Below, in pieces: positions 56,210 through 64,000 of a stretch of DNA of 64,000 nucleotides. The translations under genes were made by a program, and so were the position numbers. The notes below the pieces were generated by a model, which saw nothing but the letters and a program-made list of their open reading frames with translations, did no database searches and was not told the DNA's origin. Positions within the stretch are counted from its first letter, which is position 1. Each line of letters opens with the position of its first letter. Source of the DNA: Alphaproteobacteria bacterium (lineage in GTDB: Bacteria > Pseudomonadota > Alphaproteobacteria > Rs-D84); assembly GCA_015062545.1 (NCBI GenBank), contig SUUL01000002.1:19175-83174 (forward strand), given 5' to 3'.

Positions 56210-59164
56210 TTACCTACAAAACTTCCAGTTTTCAAAATCTAATCTTGTCATGTATTCGTCATCCAAATAATCCAGATGACGTAAGATATAATTCACATCG
56301 TATTCGTAGTTGTCTTTCAGATACGAAATTAAACGATACGTATTTGGAGAGTATTTCATCGTATGACCACATACCGTAAAATTTTTAACCTTTAATAGTG
56401 GGCAACGCTGATTTAACAAGTCAATCGGATCGCTGGATGCCAAGAATTCGGGTTTGATATAAGTATCGTATGTAAAACCATATCGCGATAATAGACCCGT
56501 TAATCTGTATTCGTATTTCTTGACAATGTCACTACGAACCTTTTCAACTTTGACGTTTTTCAGAAAATCTGTGAACGCGTATGACGTAAATACATCACGT
56601 GACAAGACGACAAAGTATGACTGAATATGTGTCCCTTCCCTGACGCGATTATTTTGGGTACAACCCCAGAAATCAACATTGCGTCTTTCCATTTCATTGA
56701 ACATATTTTCCAATGGAAATATCGGCCCATAACAAGAATCATTCGCCAATATGATGCCGTCATATTTATACAAGTCTTCGTATGAAAAACGTCCAAATAA
56801 TTTAGACCATGAACCAAAATCATACATTTTGTGCCGCTCGGCACCGGCGAATTTCACAAAATCAGATATTTTTGCCAATTCGCCTCGCTTCATTTGACAA
56901 TCTGCGAAATAATGCACTTCAGCGATTTTTGATAAGTGTCGAATATAATTTATCGCATAATCTTCCATTTTGCCTTTGGCACTGTATCCCGCGAATAAAC
57001 ATAAATAACGTTTTTTATTATTTGGTTTTTTTATGACAGAATTATGTCTGAACACCCTGAAATCTTTATACGATTGTCGGGTATTTATGATAAAGTGCGA
57101 CTTGATATCAGATATGCGATGCTTCCAAAATAGATACATTAAACTTAACTGATCACGGGCGCAGAATTTTGTCAACATATACCACCAATCATTCATTATT
57201 CTGCGCAGAACCATGTTTTTATGATTTCTGTAGAGAATGTTGTTTTCACCAAGTCCCCACCCCTCGGGGAAACCTTCTTTGCGTAACTTGCTCATTAATA
57301 CGTTAACGGTTGCTGGGTTTACCAGTTTCAAGTTTTTTATCTCCGCTGCTTCGGAATAAATGCATTTTCTGCCAAAATGTTGCGGTAATAAAAATGCTTT
57401 TTGCTTGGCCGCAACAGCATCAAAAATATAAGAAGACAATACGTTTATGTTAGAATCTATATAGATACTTTCATTATATTCTTTCAGACAAATATGTGGA
57501 AACACCTTGTGCCATCTGTTGTTCAAAGATGGATTTAACTTATTATAAACCAAGGGTCTGATTTCCCAAATACCAACACGTTGTTTGGCAATTAAGTCTG
57601 TATTGTCTGTAAAACATATATAATCGTATGTGTTGTCAATATAATAGTGAGAAATCAAATCATCATAGTTGCCAGTTATACATGTATATACCGCCCTTTT
57701 AGATTTCCTGGTATCACGAATTTGCCAATATTCTTTAATCTTTTTATTACTTGGTTTGTATAAGTTTTCCTGAACAGTATAGCCACTGCTGCTGCCAGAC
57801 AATAAAAAGTGCAACAAGGGACACATATTAACATGTTTGTATAAAGATAAATATTCATCATTATTAAAGAATTTGGATGGATTATGCCCCAACTGCCAGC
57901 CAACTTGGATATAAAAATCCAGCAAATCATCTGACTTTACGTTATACTTCTTGTAATACTTAGAATCCCACATGCCAGAATCTAACAGCAACTGTTTCTG
58001 AGAGAGATACGTTTTGGTATCTATCTTTTTTACCCTTGATTCATACCATGAAATTATGCATCCATACAAATCCTTGTTATGTTTTCTTAGGAATTCTAGC
58101 AAATGGTTTGGGCAGTCTGCTGCAGTGCTAGACCAGCCACGATTTAACGCCTTGATTTTAACCAGTGGAAAAGAAAACTTCTTAATCAAATATAACGGAT
58201 AAACTGTCTTATTCAGACGCGGTAACGGAATATCCGCAGAATTTACATACGTTTTATACACAAACCCAGCTTCAACAAAATACTTGGTCGTTCCCAATTC
58301 ATAACAACGTATAACCTCTTCAACAGATTTTTGCTTCTTGACGCTGGCAAAAAAATCATAAAAACATTTGTTTTTTAATACATTAGACTTAAAACACATG
58401 AAATATGATTGAACATGCGGAGATAAATCTTGATTGTCCAACACACCCCAGAAATCGCACTTCTTTGTGCGCATTATATTAAACATATCCACAAAAGAAC
58501 CACCAACGGGCCCAAAACAACTGTCGTTACACAATATTAAGCTGGAAATTTTGTCCAAAGCCTGTTTTCTGGCCAAATATAAAACACCACGTTTGTATGA
58601 CCCAAAATCATATTCGCCATGACGTTTACACACAGCATATGTACAATACGGCTTGATTTTATCCATTTCAGATGCAAAAACGGGATTGTCCGCAATAAAA
58701 ATAATGTTGTCTGTGACCGCCTTTAATTTTTCTAAATAGTATACAACATAATCAGGAATAATGCCGTCTGTAAAAAACGATGCAAAAATTGCCACTTTGC
58801 CGTTTTTCTTGATTTTGTTGCCAGATACAAAAGTCTTATTGGTTGCACCTTTTGGAAAAACATTGGTACAACTGTCAACGCACGCAATAAGTTTTAATGG
58901 GCGATTTTCTTTTTTTCCGAATTTTTCATAATGATATAATGGGCATATATCGGCCGCTTTAACGTCTGGATTGCACCTTAGGTATTCATCACCGTTAAAT
59001 GTGGCACACGGATTGCGCGATTCACGCCACCCATATTGTAAATAGTGTTGAACTGGATCCATCTTGGCGGCAGCAACATCGGGGTATGTTTTGAGATACC
59101 ATCTTTTGTTAAAGAATTTTGACTTCTTTATAGTTTTATATTCTTTTGTTGCCCGATTATGCAT
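56210..59164 (-). CDS. Triple-domain polysaccharide biosynthesis protein: RgpF-like, DUF616-like glycosyltransferase, RgpF-like
   Basis: 984 aa. RgpF motifs occur twice (HGEYDFGSYK/NDSCFGP/DFWG/HVQSYF and HKMYDFGSWS/NDSCYGP/DFWG/HIQSYF). The central region carries YTCITGNYDDL...RDQLSLMY. Confidence 0.8.
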   Translation of the reverse strand: MHNRATKEYKTIKKSKFFNKRWYLKTYPDVAAAKMDPVQHYLQYGWRESRNPCATFNGDEYLRCNPDVKAADICPLYHYEKFGKKENRPLKLIACVDSCTNVFPKGATNKTFVSGNKIKKNGKVAIFASFFTDGIIPDYVVYYLEKLKAVTDNIIFIADNPVFASEMDKIKPYCTYAVCKRHGEYDFGSYKRGVLYLARKQALDKISSLILCNDSCFGPVGGSFVDMFNIMRTKKCDFWGVLDNQDLSPHVQSYFMCFKSNVLKNKCFYDFFASVKKQKSVEEVIRCYELGTTKYFVEAGFVYKTYVNSADIPLPRLNKTVYPLYLIKKFSFPLVKIKALNRGWSSTAADCPNHLLEFLRKHNKDLYGCIISWYESRVKKIDTKTYLSQKQLLLDSGMWDSKYYKKYNVKSDDLLDFYIQVGWQLGHNPSKFFNNDEYLSLYKHVNMCPLLHFLLSGSSSGYTVQENLYKPSNKKIKEYWQIRDTRKSKRAVYTCITGNYDDLISHYYIDNTYDYICFTDNTDLIAKQRVGIWEIRPLVYNKLNPSLNNRWHKVFPHICLKEYNESIYIDSNINVLSSYIFDAVAAKQKAFLLPQHFGRKCIYSEAAEIKNLKLVNPATVNVLMSKLRKEGFPEGWGLGENNILYRNHKNMVLRRIMNDWWYMLTKFCARDQLSLMYLFWKHRISDIKSHFIINTRQSYKDFRVFRHNSVIKKPNNKKRYLCLFAGYSAKGKMEDYAINYIRHLSKIAEVHYFADCQMKRGELAKISDFVKFAGAERHKMYDFGSWSKLFGRFSYEDLYKYDGIILANDSCYGPIFPLENMFNEMERRNVDFWGCTQNNRVREGTHIQSYFVVLSRDVFTSYAFTDFLKNVKVEKVRSDIVKKYEYRLTGLLSRYGFTYDTYIKPEFLASSDPIDLLNQRCPLLKVKNFTVCGHTMKYSPNTYRLISYLKDNYEYDVNYILRHLDYLDDEYMTRLDFENWKFCR

Positions 59165-59185
59165 TCTACATCCCTATTTTCACGA

Positions 59186-60118
59186 TTAATTTTGCCTAAA
59201 AACTTTTCCGACCGGTATAAAATCGAACAGGTAAGCCTTGTAACAAACCCATTTGAAATTTTCTTGCTGTTGACGATAAACAGTCCATATTGGAATTGAA
59301 AATAGCGTCAAACGAAAATGTTTCTTGTACTGCGGTATATTGCTTTTGGTAAAGGGCAGCCCCACACGAACCGCATGACGATATATCATATCAACCATCA
59401 AATCCGTTGTGTACGGATACAAATATTGCAGACCATACAGATTCTGTAATGCCGTCTTTTTAACAAATGGTAAACCAGCCTTGAGCATTTCTATGGGCTT
59501 GTCATATATTGCATGGCACACTTCGCCATTTTGACCGCTGATGTATGTGGACATGCGATAACCATGCTGCATAATAAGTTGAGACAAGCCCACTTCGTAT
59601 TTCAGAACAACTAATTGTTTTGTGCCTTGTGTGCGCACAGAATTCATAAAATTATATAAAAAATCAGCATTTGCCACCTGGCGACTTAAACCAACAAACC
59701 AAGACTGTACCTGAACCGGGGTTGGCATATTAATAAAATCAATCATCCCAGTCAGGTCAACACCACGTGATTCCAAATCATTTAATATGCCAGATATATC
59801 AGACAACGGGCCATAAACGCTGTCGTTTACCAGATAAACCCAATCATATTTTGATAAAATTTTGTTCTTGTGCGCCCAATTATATGCACGCTTGTACGAA
59901 CCAAAATCATATTCACCGTGGGGGGCCGCAGATGAATGTAACAGATTTGATACGGTCTTGAGTTTATTTTGTTCTGATGCGCTTAGGTCATTGTCCATAA
60001 CCAGAACAATATCACCCAGCGCAGATAAAGAATTCAAATAATGCAGTAGTGTATTATCAACAATACCAAATTTGTCGTATGCCGCAAATAGAAATAAACG
60101 TTTTTTTGACTTTGCCAT
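59186..60118 (-). CDS. Rhamnan-synthesis-protein-F (RgpF) family protein
   Basis: 310 aa. HGEYDFGSYK, NDSVYGP, QVQSWF. Confidence 0.8.
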   Translation of the reverse strand: MAKSKKRLFLFAAYDKFGIVDNTLLHYLNSLSALGDIVLVMDNDLSASEQNKLKTVSNLLHSSAAPHGEYDFGSYKRAYNWAHKNKILSKYDWVYLVNDSVYGPLSDISGILNDLESRGVDLTGMIDFINMPTPVQVQSWFVGLSRQVANADFLYNFMNSVRTQGTKQLVVLKYEVGLSQLIMQHGYRMSTYISGQNGEVCHAIYDKPIEMLKAGLPFVKKTALQNLYGLQYLYPYTTDLMVDMIYRHAVRVGLPFTKSNIPQYKKHFRLTLFSIPIWTVYRQQQENFKWVCYKAYLFDFIPVGKVFRQN

Positions 60119-60203
60119 ATTGCCTATGCCCCCGCGTTGATATTGTTCTGCTTATGTACTGCAAAATGTCAATAAAGTCAACGACATTTTCACTGCACAA
60201 GAC

Positions 60204-60349
60204 ATAAAAAGACACCTGCAAGCAGATGTCGGGAAGGTAGTTATTCAAAAACGCTTGAACTTGTGGCCTTTAACCAATGGTTTGTTGTATAGCCACAACT
60301 TCCCGACCCAAGTCGGGACTTTGTCAGCTTCAGCGTTTTGGGTAACTAC
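60204..60349 (-). promoter_or_regulatory. Structured leader RNA (multi-helix junction, alternative pairing, intrinsic terminator) upstream of the RgpF operon
   Basis: Helices: 60237-43/60343-49, 60248-59/60329-39, hairpin 60301-07/60312-18, hairpin 60261-67/60292-98. Alternative 9-bp helix 60228-36/60299-307. Terminator hairpin 60212-29 plus U-run (its G-U pairs form only on the minus strand). Confidence 0.5.
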
Positions 60350-60450
60350 TCCCAAATTCCACTAACTACGTCTTCTTTGCGTGTGGTATTTTAATCCAAG
60401 AAATTATTCTTTGGCAAGTGAAAATTATACAAAATATTGTAAAATTGATA

Positions 60451-61224
60451 TTATCGCGCGCGCGCGGCAATCAGATTGTCAATGGCACGCGATAAACTTT
60501 GTGTGTATATTGACCGAATATCTTGCAGCATTTTTATAACAGAATGCCACATCTGTAACGCATCACCAGATAATTTGTCATCCAAAATACAGTATCCGTC
60601 AAATGTTAAATAATGCCGGGCCGCCCGGCGAAAACGCCGCGAAAACGCGCCATTGGGATTGCGGTGCGTACGTGACTGCAACTGTTTCAAACGTTTGATA
60701 TTAACATAACCACTGCGTAAATCGGCCTTGATAGTGTCCAAAGTATATTGTACTAAATCTTCAAGATAAAAGCTTAGCCCTGCCCCATATACAAATTCTG
60801 ATATGCCTGAATGCAACGCTATGGATATGGTTTCAGCACATGCGCCACGACAACTTAGATGACGACTGGAATAAAACGCAGCAGCCGTAAACGCAGATAT
60901 TTCATCCAAACAATATAATAATATTTCTTGGTAATAATTGTCCATGGTGACTTCTGCAACATCGCCAACAGCGCACCAATTACGCCAATGTTGTGTTTCA
61001 TGTTCAATGGAACGCGAACGGTCCTGTCTGACAAACTTGATAATTTTACGTGCCTGGCGAGACTTGCTGTATTCCAGACCAGCCGAGTCATCCAATGTAT
61101 AATCATAAATTATAATAGAATTTGAAGTTGCTTTGTACCGGGCAGCTTGCTGCATCTGCAAGAATTCGTCAATGTTGGCGTTATTAATTGTAATCTGTTT
61201 ATATACAATCTTGGGTTCTTGCAT
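60451..61224 (-). CDS. Hypothetical protein
   Basis: Start trimmed to MQEPKIVYK. No family recognised. Confidence 0.55.
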   Translation of the reverse strand: MQEPKIVYKQITINNANIDEFLQMQQAARYKATSNSIIIYDYTLDDSAGLEYSKSRQARKIIKFVRQDRSRSIEHETQHWRNWCAVGDVAEVTMDNYYQEILLYCLDEISAFTAAAFYSSRHLSCRGACAETISIALHSGISEFVYGAGLSFYLEDLVQYTLDTIKADLRSGYVNIKRLKQLQSRTHRNPNGAFSRRFRRAARHYLTFDGYCILDDKLSGDALQMWHSVIKMLQDIRSIYTQSLSRAIDNLIAARAR

Positions 61225-61350
61225 GTTATTTAACCAATATTTACACACCAGAAAATAGCACAAATATACAACTTGTCAAGACACGAAAAAACTCTGTTGC
61301 GCTGATATGCAAATATTCCTATAATGCCCAACAACAAAAAAGGGGAAAAT

Positions 61351-62280
61351 ATGCTTGTCAGCTTGGTATTATTAATTGTTGGGTTTGTGTGTTTAATCAA
61401 GGGGGCAGATTATCTGGTGGATGGCGCTTCTTCTTTGGCCAAGCGGATGTGTATCCCACCAATTATTATTGGATTGACCGTTGTGGCAATGGGAACCAGT
61501 GCCCCCGAAGCCGCCGTCAGTATATCTTCGGCAATCCACGGTTCAAATGATATTGCAATCGGAAATGTTATCGGGTCTAATATTGCGAATATATTATTTG
61601 TTCTGGGGTTGTCAGCAATGATGAACCAACTGAGAGTGCAAAAGAATACAATACGGTATGAAATACCTTTTGTAATATTTATAACTGTGTTGCTGTGTGG
61701 AATGGGATGGCAATATGGTGAAATTTCGCGCATGTCTGCGGGGATATTGTCGGGGATATTCGTTATGTTCTTGGGCTATTTATATGTTATATCAAAACAA
61801 ACAGAATGTTCCACAGATGATATAAAAACTATATCACCACTGAAAACATGTATATATATATTGTTTGGATTGTGTGCCTTGGTACTGGGCAGCAATATTA
61901 CAGTGTCTGCGGCATGCGATATCGCACGATATATCGGAATATCAGAACGTGTTATCGGATTAACAATTATCGCAATCGGTACCAGTTTGCCAGAATTAGT
62001 AACCAGTGTTATCGCCGCAAAAAAAGGCGAAGCAGATATTTCTGTCGGAAATATTGTTGGTTCCAATATATTTAATATACTGTTTGTGTTGGGTGTTACG
62101 GGATTGATATTACCAATACCATACGACAGTGCGTTTTTATTTGATGGTATATTTGCGATACTGGCGGTGGTGTTGCTGTGGGGATTTACGTGCAGAACAA
62201 AACATCTGACACCAGTGCCGGGAATATTGATGATAAGTATCTATATAACATATTTAGCGTGTCTGATTACCAATATCTGA
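61351..62280 (+). CDS. Calcium/cation antiporter (CaCA/YrbG family)
   Basis: Start trimmed to MLVSLVLL after RBS AGGGGAAAA. Two alpha-repeats, GTSAPEAAVS and GTSLPELVTS. Confidence 0.88.
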   Translation: MLVSLVLLIVGFVCLIKGADYLVDGASSLAKRMCIPPIIIGLTVVAMGTSAPEAAVSISSAIHGSNDIAIGNVIGSNIANILFVLGLSAMMNQLRVQKNTIRYEIPFVIFITVLLCGMGWQYGEISRMSAGILSGIFVMFLGYLYVISKQTECSTDDIKTISPLKTCIYILFGLCALVLGSNITVSAACDIARYIGISERVIGLTIIAIGTSLPELVTSVIAAKKGEADISVGNIVGSNIFNILFVLGVTGLILPIPYDSAFLFDGIFAILAVVLLWGFTCRTKHLTPVPGILMISIYITYLACLITNI

Positions 62281-62284
62281 AATT

Positions 62285-62312
62285 AAAAAACCGCCCGATT
62301 TGGGCGGTGTGG
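62285..62312. terminator. Bidirectional terminator (first copy of a recurring CCGCCCGATTTGGGCGG module)
   Basis: AAAAAACCGCCC-GATTT-GGGCGGTGTGG. Confidence 0.7.
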
Positions 62313-62326
62313 TCGTTTTTGCATTT

Positions 62327-62629
62327 TTATCGTGTCTTGTAATGGTCACACAGTTTGGCGACTTCGTGTGCCACGCCAACCATTACCCGCCTTACATCGG
62401 CAAAATCTTTGCAGCCCATTGTTTCCATTTCCTGCATTGTTTTGGTGATACTGTGGGTGTTACCATTTTTATCGGTGTAACTTTCTATTTTTTTACCGTC
62501 AACACATGGAAAAAACACGTCATTTACACACTTTACCCCCAATTCACAATACTTGTCGCAACCATGGCAACAACAAGCGTCACAGCCATTTCCAAGTCGT
62601 ACCGAATGCAAATCTATATTTTCTAACAT
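62327..62629 (-). CDS. Small Cys-cluster protein
   Basis: ATG at 62627-62629 after RBS AAGGAAAAG (the listed ORF starts at an upstream GTG). GCDACCCHGCDKYCELGVKC...PC. Confidence 0.55.
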   Translation of the reverse strand: MLENIDLHSVRLGNGCDACCCHGCDKYCELGVKCVNDVFFPCVDGKKIESYTDKNGNTHSITKTMQEMETMGCKDFADVRRVMVGVAHEVAKLCDHYKTR

Positions 62630-62719
62630 ATCTTTTCCTTTTTTCACTCACACTATAAACATAGTACAGATTATACGATTGTCAAGCCCCTGTAAAAAAT
62701 TATGTGCGTCAAATACAGG

Positions 62720-62965
62720 TCATTCTTTGTCTAAAAAATCTTGCAGTATACGGGCAAATTCAATCGGACTGGTGTGCGTAGCAATCAAAACCTTGGCCAG
62801 GGTTTCTGTGGTAATCCAACGCGGTTGGCCACATGTGCTGAAATGTTTGCTGCGATTGAATGTGGATGCATCTAATTTGCATTTACGTGCCAGACATGAA
62901 CAACTGATATTATTGATTTCTGCAATACGGTTTACTGCCGCCCACAGCGCCGCATGATGTGTCAT
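62720..62965 (-). CDS. Stand-alone HTH protein resembling the N-domain of alphaproteobacterial S24/LexA-like phage repressors, copy 1
   Basis: 81 aa, RBS AAAGGGGGAAAA. MTHHAALWAAVNRIAEINNISCSCLARKCKLDASTFNRSK...RWITTETLAKVL. Confidence 0.65.
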   Translation of the reverse strand: MTHHAALWAAVNRIAEINNISCSCLARKCKLDASTFNRSKHFSTCGQPRWITTETLAKVLIATHTSPIEFARILQDFLDKE

Positions 62966-63230
62966 GATTTTCCCCCTTTTTTATTGTATATAAACATCGT
63001 TTTGAACAAATGTCACCACACCATGGACACCAATTCCTAAAACAATATAAGAAAACAATTACACAAAGTCAACTCATCCGCCAGCAAAACAACCTGAGGT
63101 TGAAATTACGACAATAAATATCAGACCAAGCTCAAAATCCGCAACATGCAAACGAATCGTCAAACATATAAAAATCCATCTGCCCTTTCCTTTGAGTATC
63201 CTGATAACTTTATCAAAAAATTCCCATAAC

Positions 63231-63307
63231 CCCACATAAAAACCGCCCGATTGGGCGGTGTGGTTGTTTTGTTGTTTCTATCGCTGTTTTTCTGTTACAT
63301 ATTGCAT
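63231..63307. repeat. ~75-nt repeat (terminator plus last codons of a gene), copy 2
   Basis: CCCACAtAAAAACCGCCCGATTGGGCGGTGTGGTTGTTTTGTTGTTTCTATCGCTGTTTTTCTGTTACATATTG aligns with 63838-63913. Confidence 0.7.
63278..63307 (-). pseudogene. Remnant of the 3' end of a gene like the one at 63885-64000
   Basis: Minus strand reads M-Q-Y-V-T-E-K-Q-R-stop versus A-E-Y-V-K-E-K-Q-R-stop at the window edge. No ORF continues upstream. Confidence 0.5.
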
Positions 63308-63403
63308 ACCCTTTTGTGCTTTAATCTTGCTGTGAACTTAGTATAAAATCGCAGTTTTGCAAGTTTTATAAGAAAAAACAGATGATGCGATGTCGAATAT
63401 TAT

Positions 63404-63649
63404 TTATTCTTGATCCAGGAATGATTGAAATATGTTTGCAAATTCTATTGGGGTGATGTTTGTGCCACGCAGTATTTTATACAATGTTTCTGTCGACACC
63501 CAACGTGGCTGACCATGTGAGCTGAAACGCTTGCTGGGGTTGAATGTGGTGGAATCAAGTCCGCATCGGCACGCCAGGCATGAACAGCTGATATTATTAA
63601 TTTTTGCAATATGATTTACCGCCGCCCACAATGCCGCATGATGTGTCAT
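63404..63649 (-). CDS. Stand-alone repressor-N-domain-like HTH protein, copy 2
   Basis: Start trimmed to MTHHAALWAAVNHIAKINNISCSCLACRCGLDSTTFNPSK, RBS AAGGGGGAAAA. Clear paralogue of 62720..62965. Confidence 0.65.
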   Translation of the reverse strand: MTHHAALWAAVNHIAKINNISCSCLACRCGLDSTTFNPSKRFSSHGQPRWVSTETLYKILRGTNITPIEFANIFQSFLDQE

Positions 63650-63837
63650 AATTTTCCCCCTTGATTTATACAACTGCTTTTTGTCACATGTTGCCCAGTA
63701 TGCTATAAATTCACGAATAAATCCATAGGCATATATTCTTTGGGGGGGAAACAAATATCGTCAGATTGATATGTTGATATATGCAATTCTGCAGATTTTC
63801 GTTATTCAAATCGCTTTATAATTGTTTTAGAGCTGTG

Positions 63838-63913
63838 CCCACAAAAAAACCGCCCGATTTGGGCGGTATGGTCGTTTGTTGTTTCTATCGTTGTTTTTCT
63901 TTTACATATTCTG
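63838..63913. repeat. ~75-nt repeat, copy 3 (includes a terminator hairpin)
   Basis: See 63231-63307. Hairpin CCGCCC-GATTT-GGGCGG at 63850-63866. Confidence 0.7.
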
Positions 63914-64000
63914 CGGCACGTTTGCGTTGGGTGATGTTATCAAACACGCCCATATACTCTTCTCGATTTTGTGGGTTTTGATACCGCACAACGATTTCAT
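63885..64000 (-). CDS. 3' end of an unidentified gene running off the window
   Basis: Minus-strand frame reads ...EIVVRYQNPQNREEYMGVFDNITQRKRAAEYVKEKQR-stop. Confidence 0.4.
   Translation of the reverse strand, partial: EIVVRYQNPQNREEYMGVFDNITQRKRAAEYVKEKQR

Noticed and set aside
60204-60349. Identity with a known housekeeping ncRNA (SRP/4.5S, 6S, tmRNA, RNase P)
   Set aside because: It lacks the diagnostic motifs. There is no GGAA-tetraloop/AGCA SRP domain IV, no tRNA-like T-arm with CCA, no GGAAAGUCCGG P4 region, and no long 6S-type duplex with a central bubble.
60341-60352. ops/JUMPstart-like element (GGGAGTAG on the minus strand) in the polysaccharide leader
   Set aside because: Only 6 of 8 positions match GGCGGTAG. 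No RfaH context is visible, and the bases are better explained as part of the outer helix of the structured leader.
60988-61002. HExxH (HETQH) in the 257-aa hypothetical protein as evidence for a zinc metalloprotease
   Set aside because: A lone pentapeptide with no third ligand or Met-turn context occurs by chance too often to support the call.

Overview
This looks like a compact, AT-rich stretch of an alphaproteobacterial chromosome. The lineage call rests on a DUF1013/TrcR-like gene, tilS-ftsH adjacency, a BP26/SIMPL gene, S24-repressor-type HTH N-domains and an RpoH-type CTTG-N17-CTATAT groESL promoter. Most of the window is housekeeping: rpoD, cysS, lysS, tgt, queA, era, dcd, gpmI, tadA, rsmD, rplY, rph, rne, rpsD, ftsH, tilS, groES/EL, lepB, rnc, secG, tcdA, fabI. 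There are two tRNAs, Ser-GCU and Gly-GCC, and many GC-hairpin/T-run terminators.

Five accessory regions stand out.
1. Two paralogous, signal-peptide-bearing, extremely Cys/Asp/Tyr-rich proteins of 549 and 1034 aa. Both end in eukaryote-type ephrin-receptor-like (GCC2_GCC3) repeats. Each carries the same duplicated promoter, 5' leader hairpin and terminator, and the larger copy has an extra attenuator-like leader insert.
2. A tandem triplet of small anchored DxDGDGxxD proteins. They share a QKQR-type C-terminal tail with other small ORFs nearby.
3. A RelA/SpoT-like nucleotidyltransferase-fold ORF fused to the lysS operon.
4. A surface-polysaccharide locus (ugd, ABC exporter, epimerase, RgpF-type proteins including a 984-aa triple fusion). 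An orphan T7-type tail-fibre-like gene interrupts it, and a riboswitch-like structured leader precedes it.
5. A decaying tandem duplication of truncated repressor-like HTH genes at the right edge.

I found no transposase, integrase, CRISPR array or rRNA. All protein family calls come from motif recognition by eye, not from searches.
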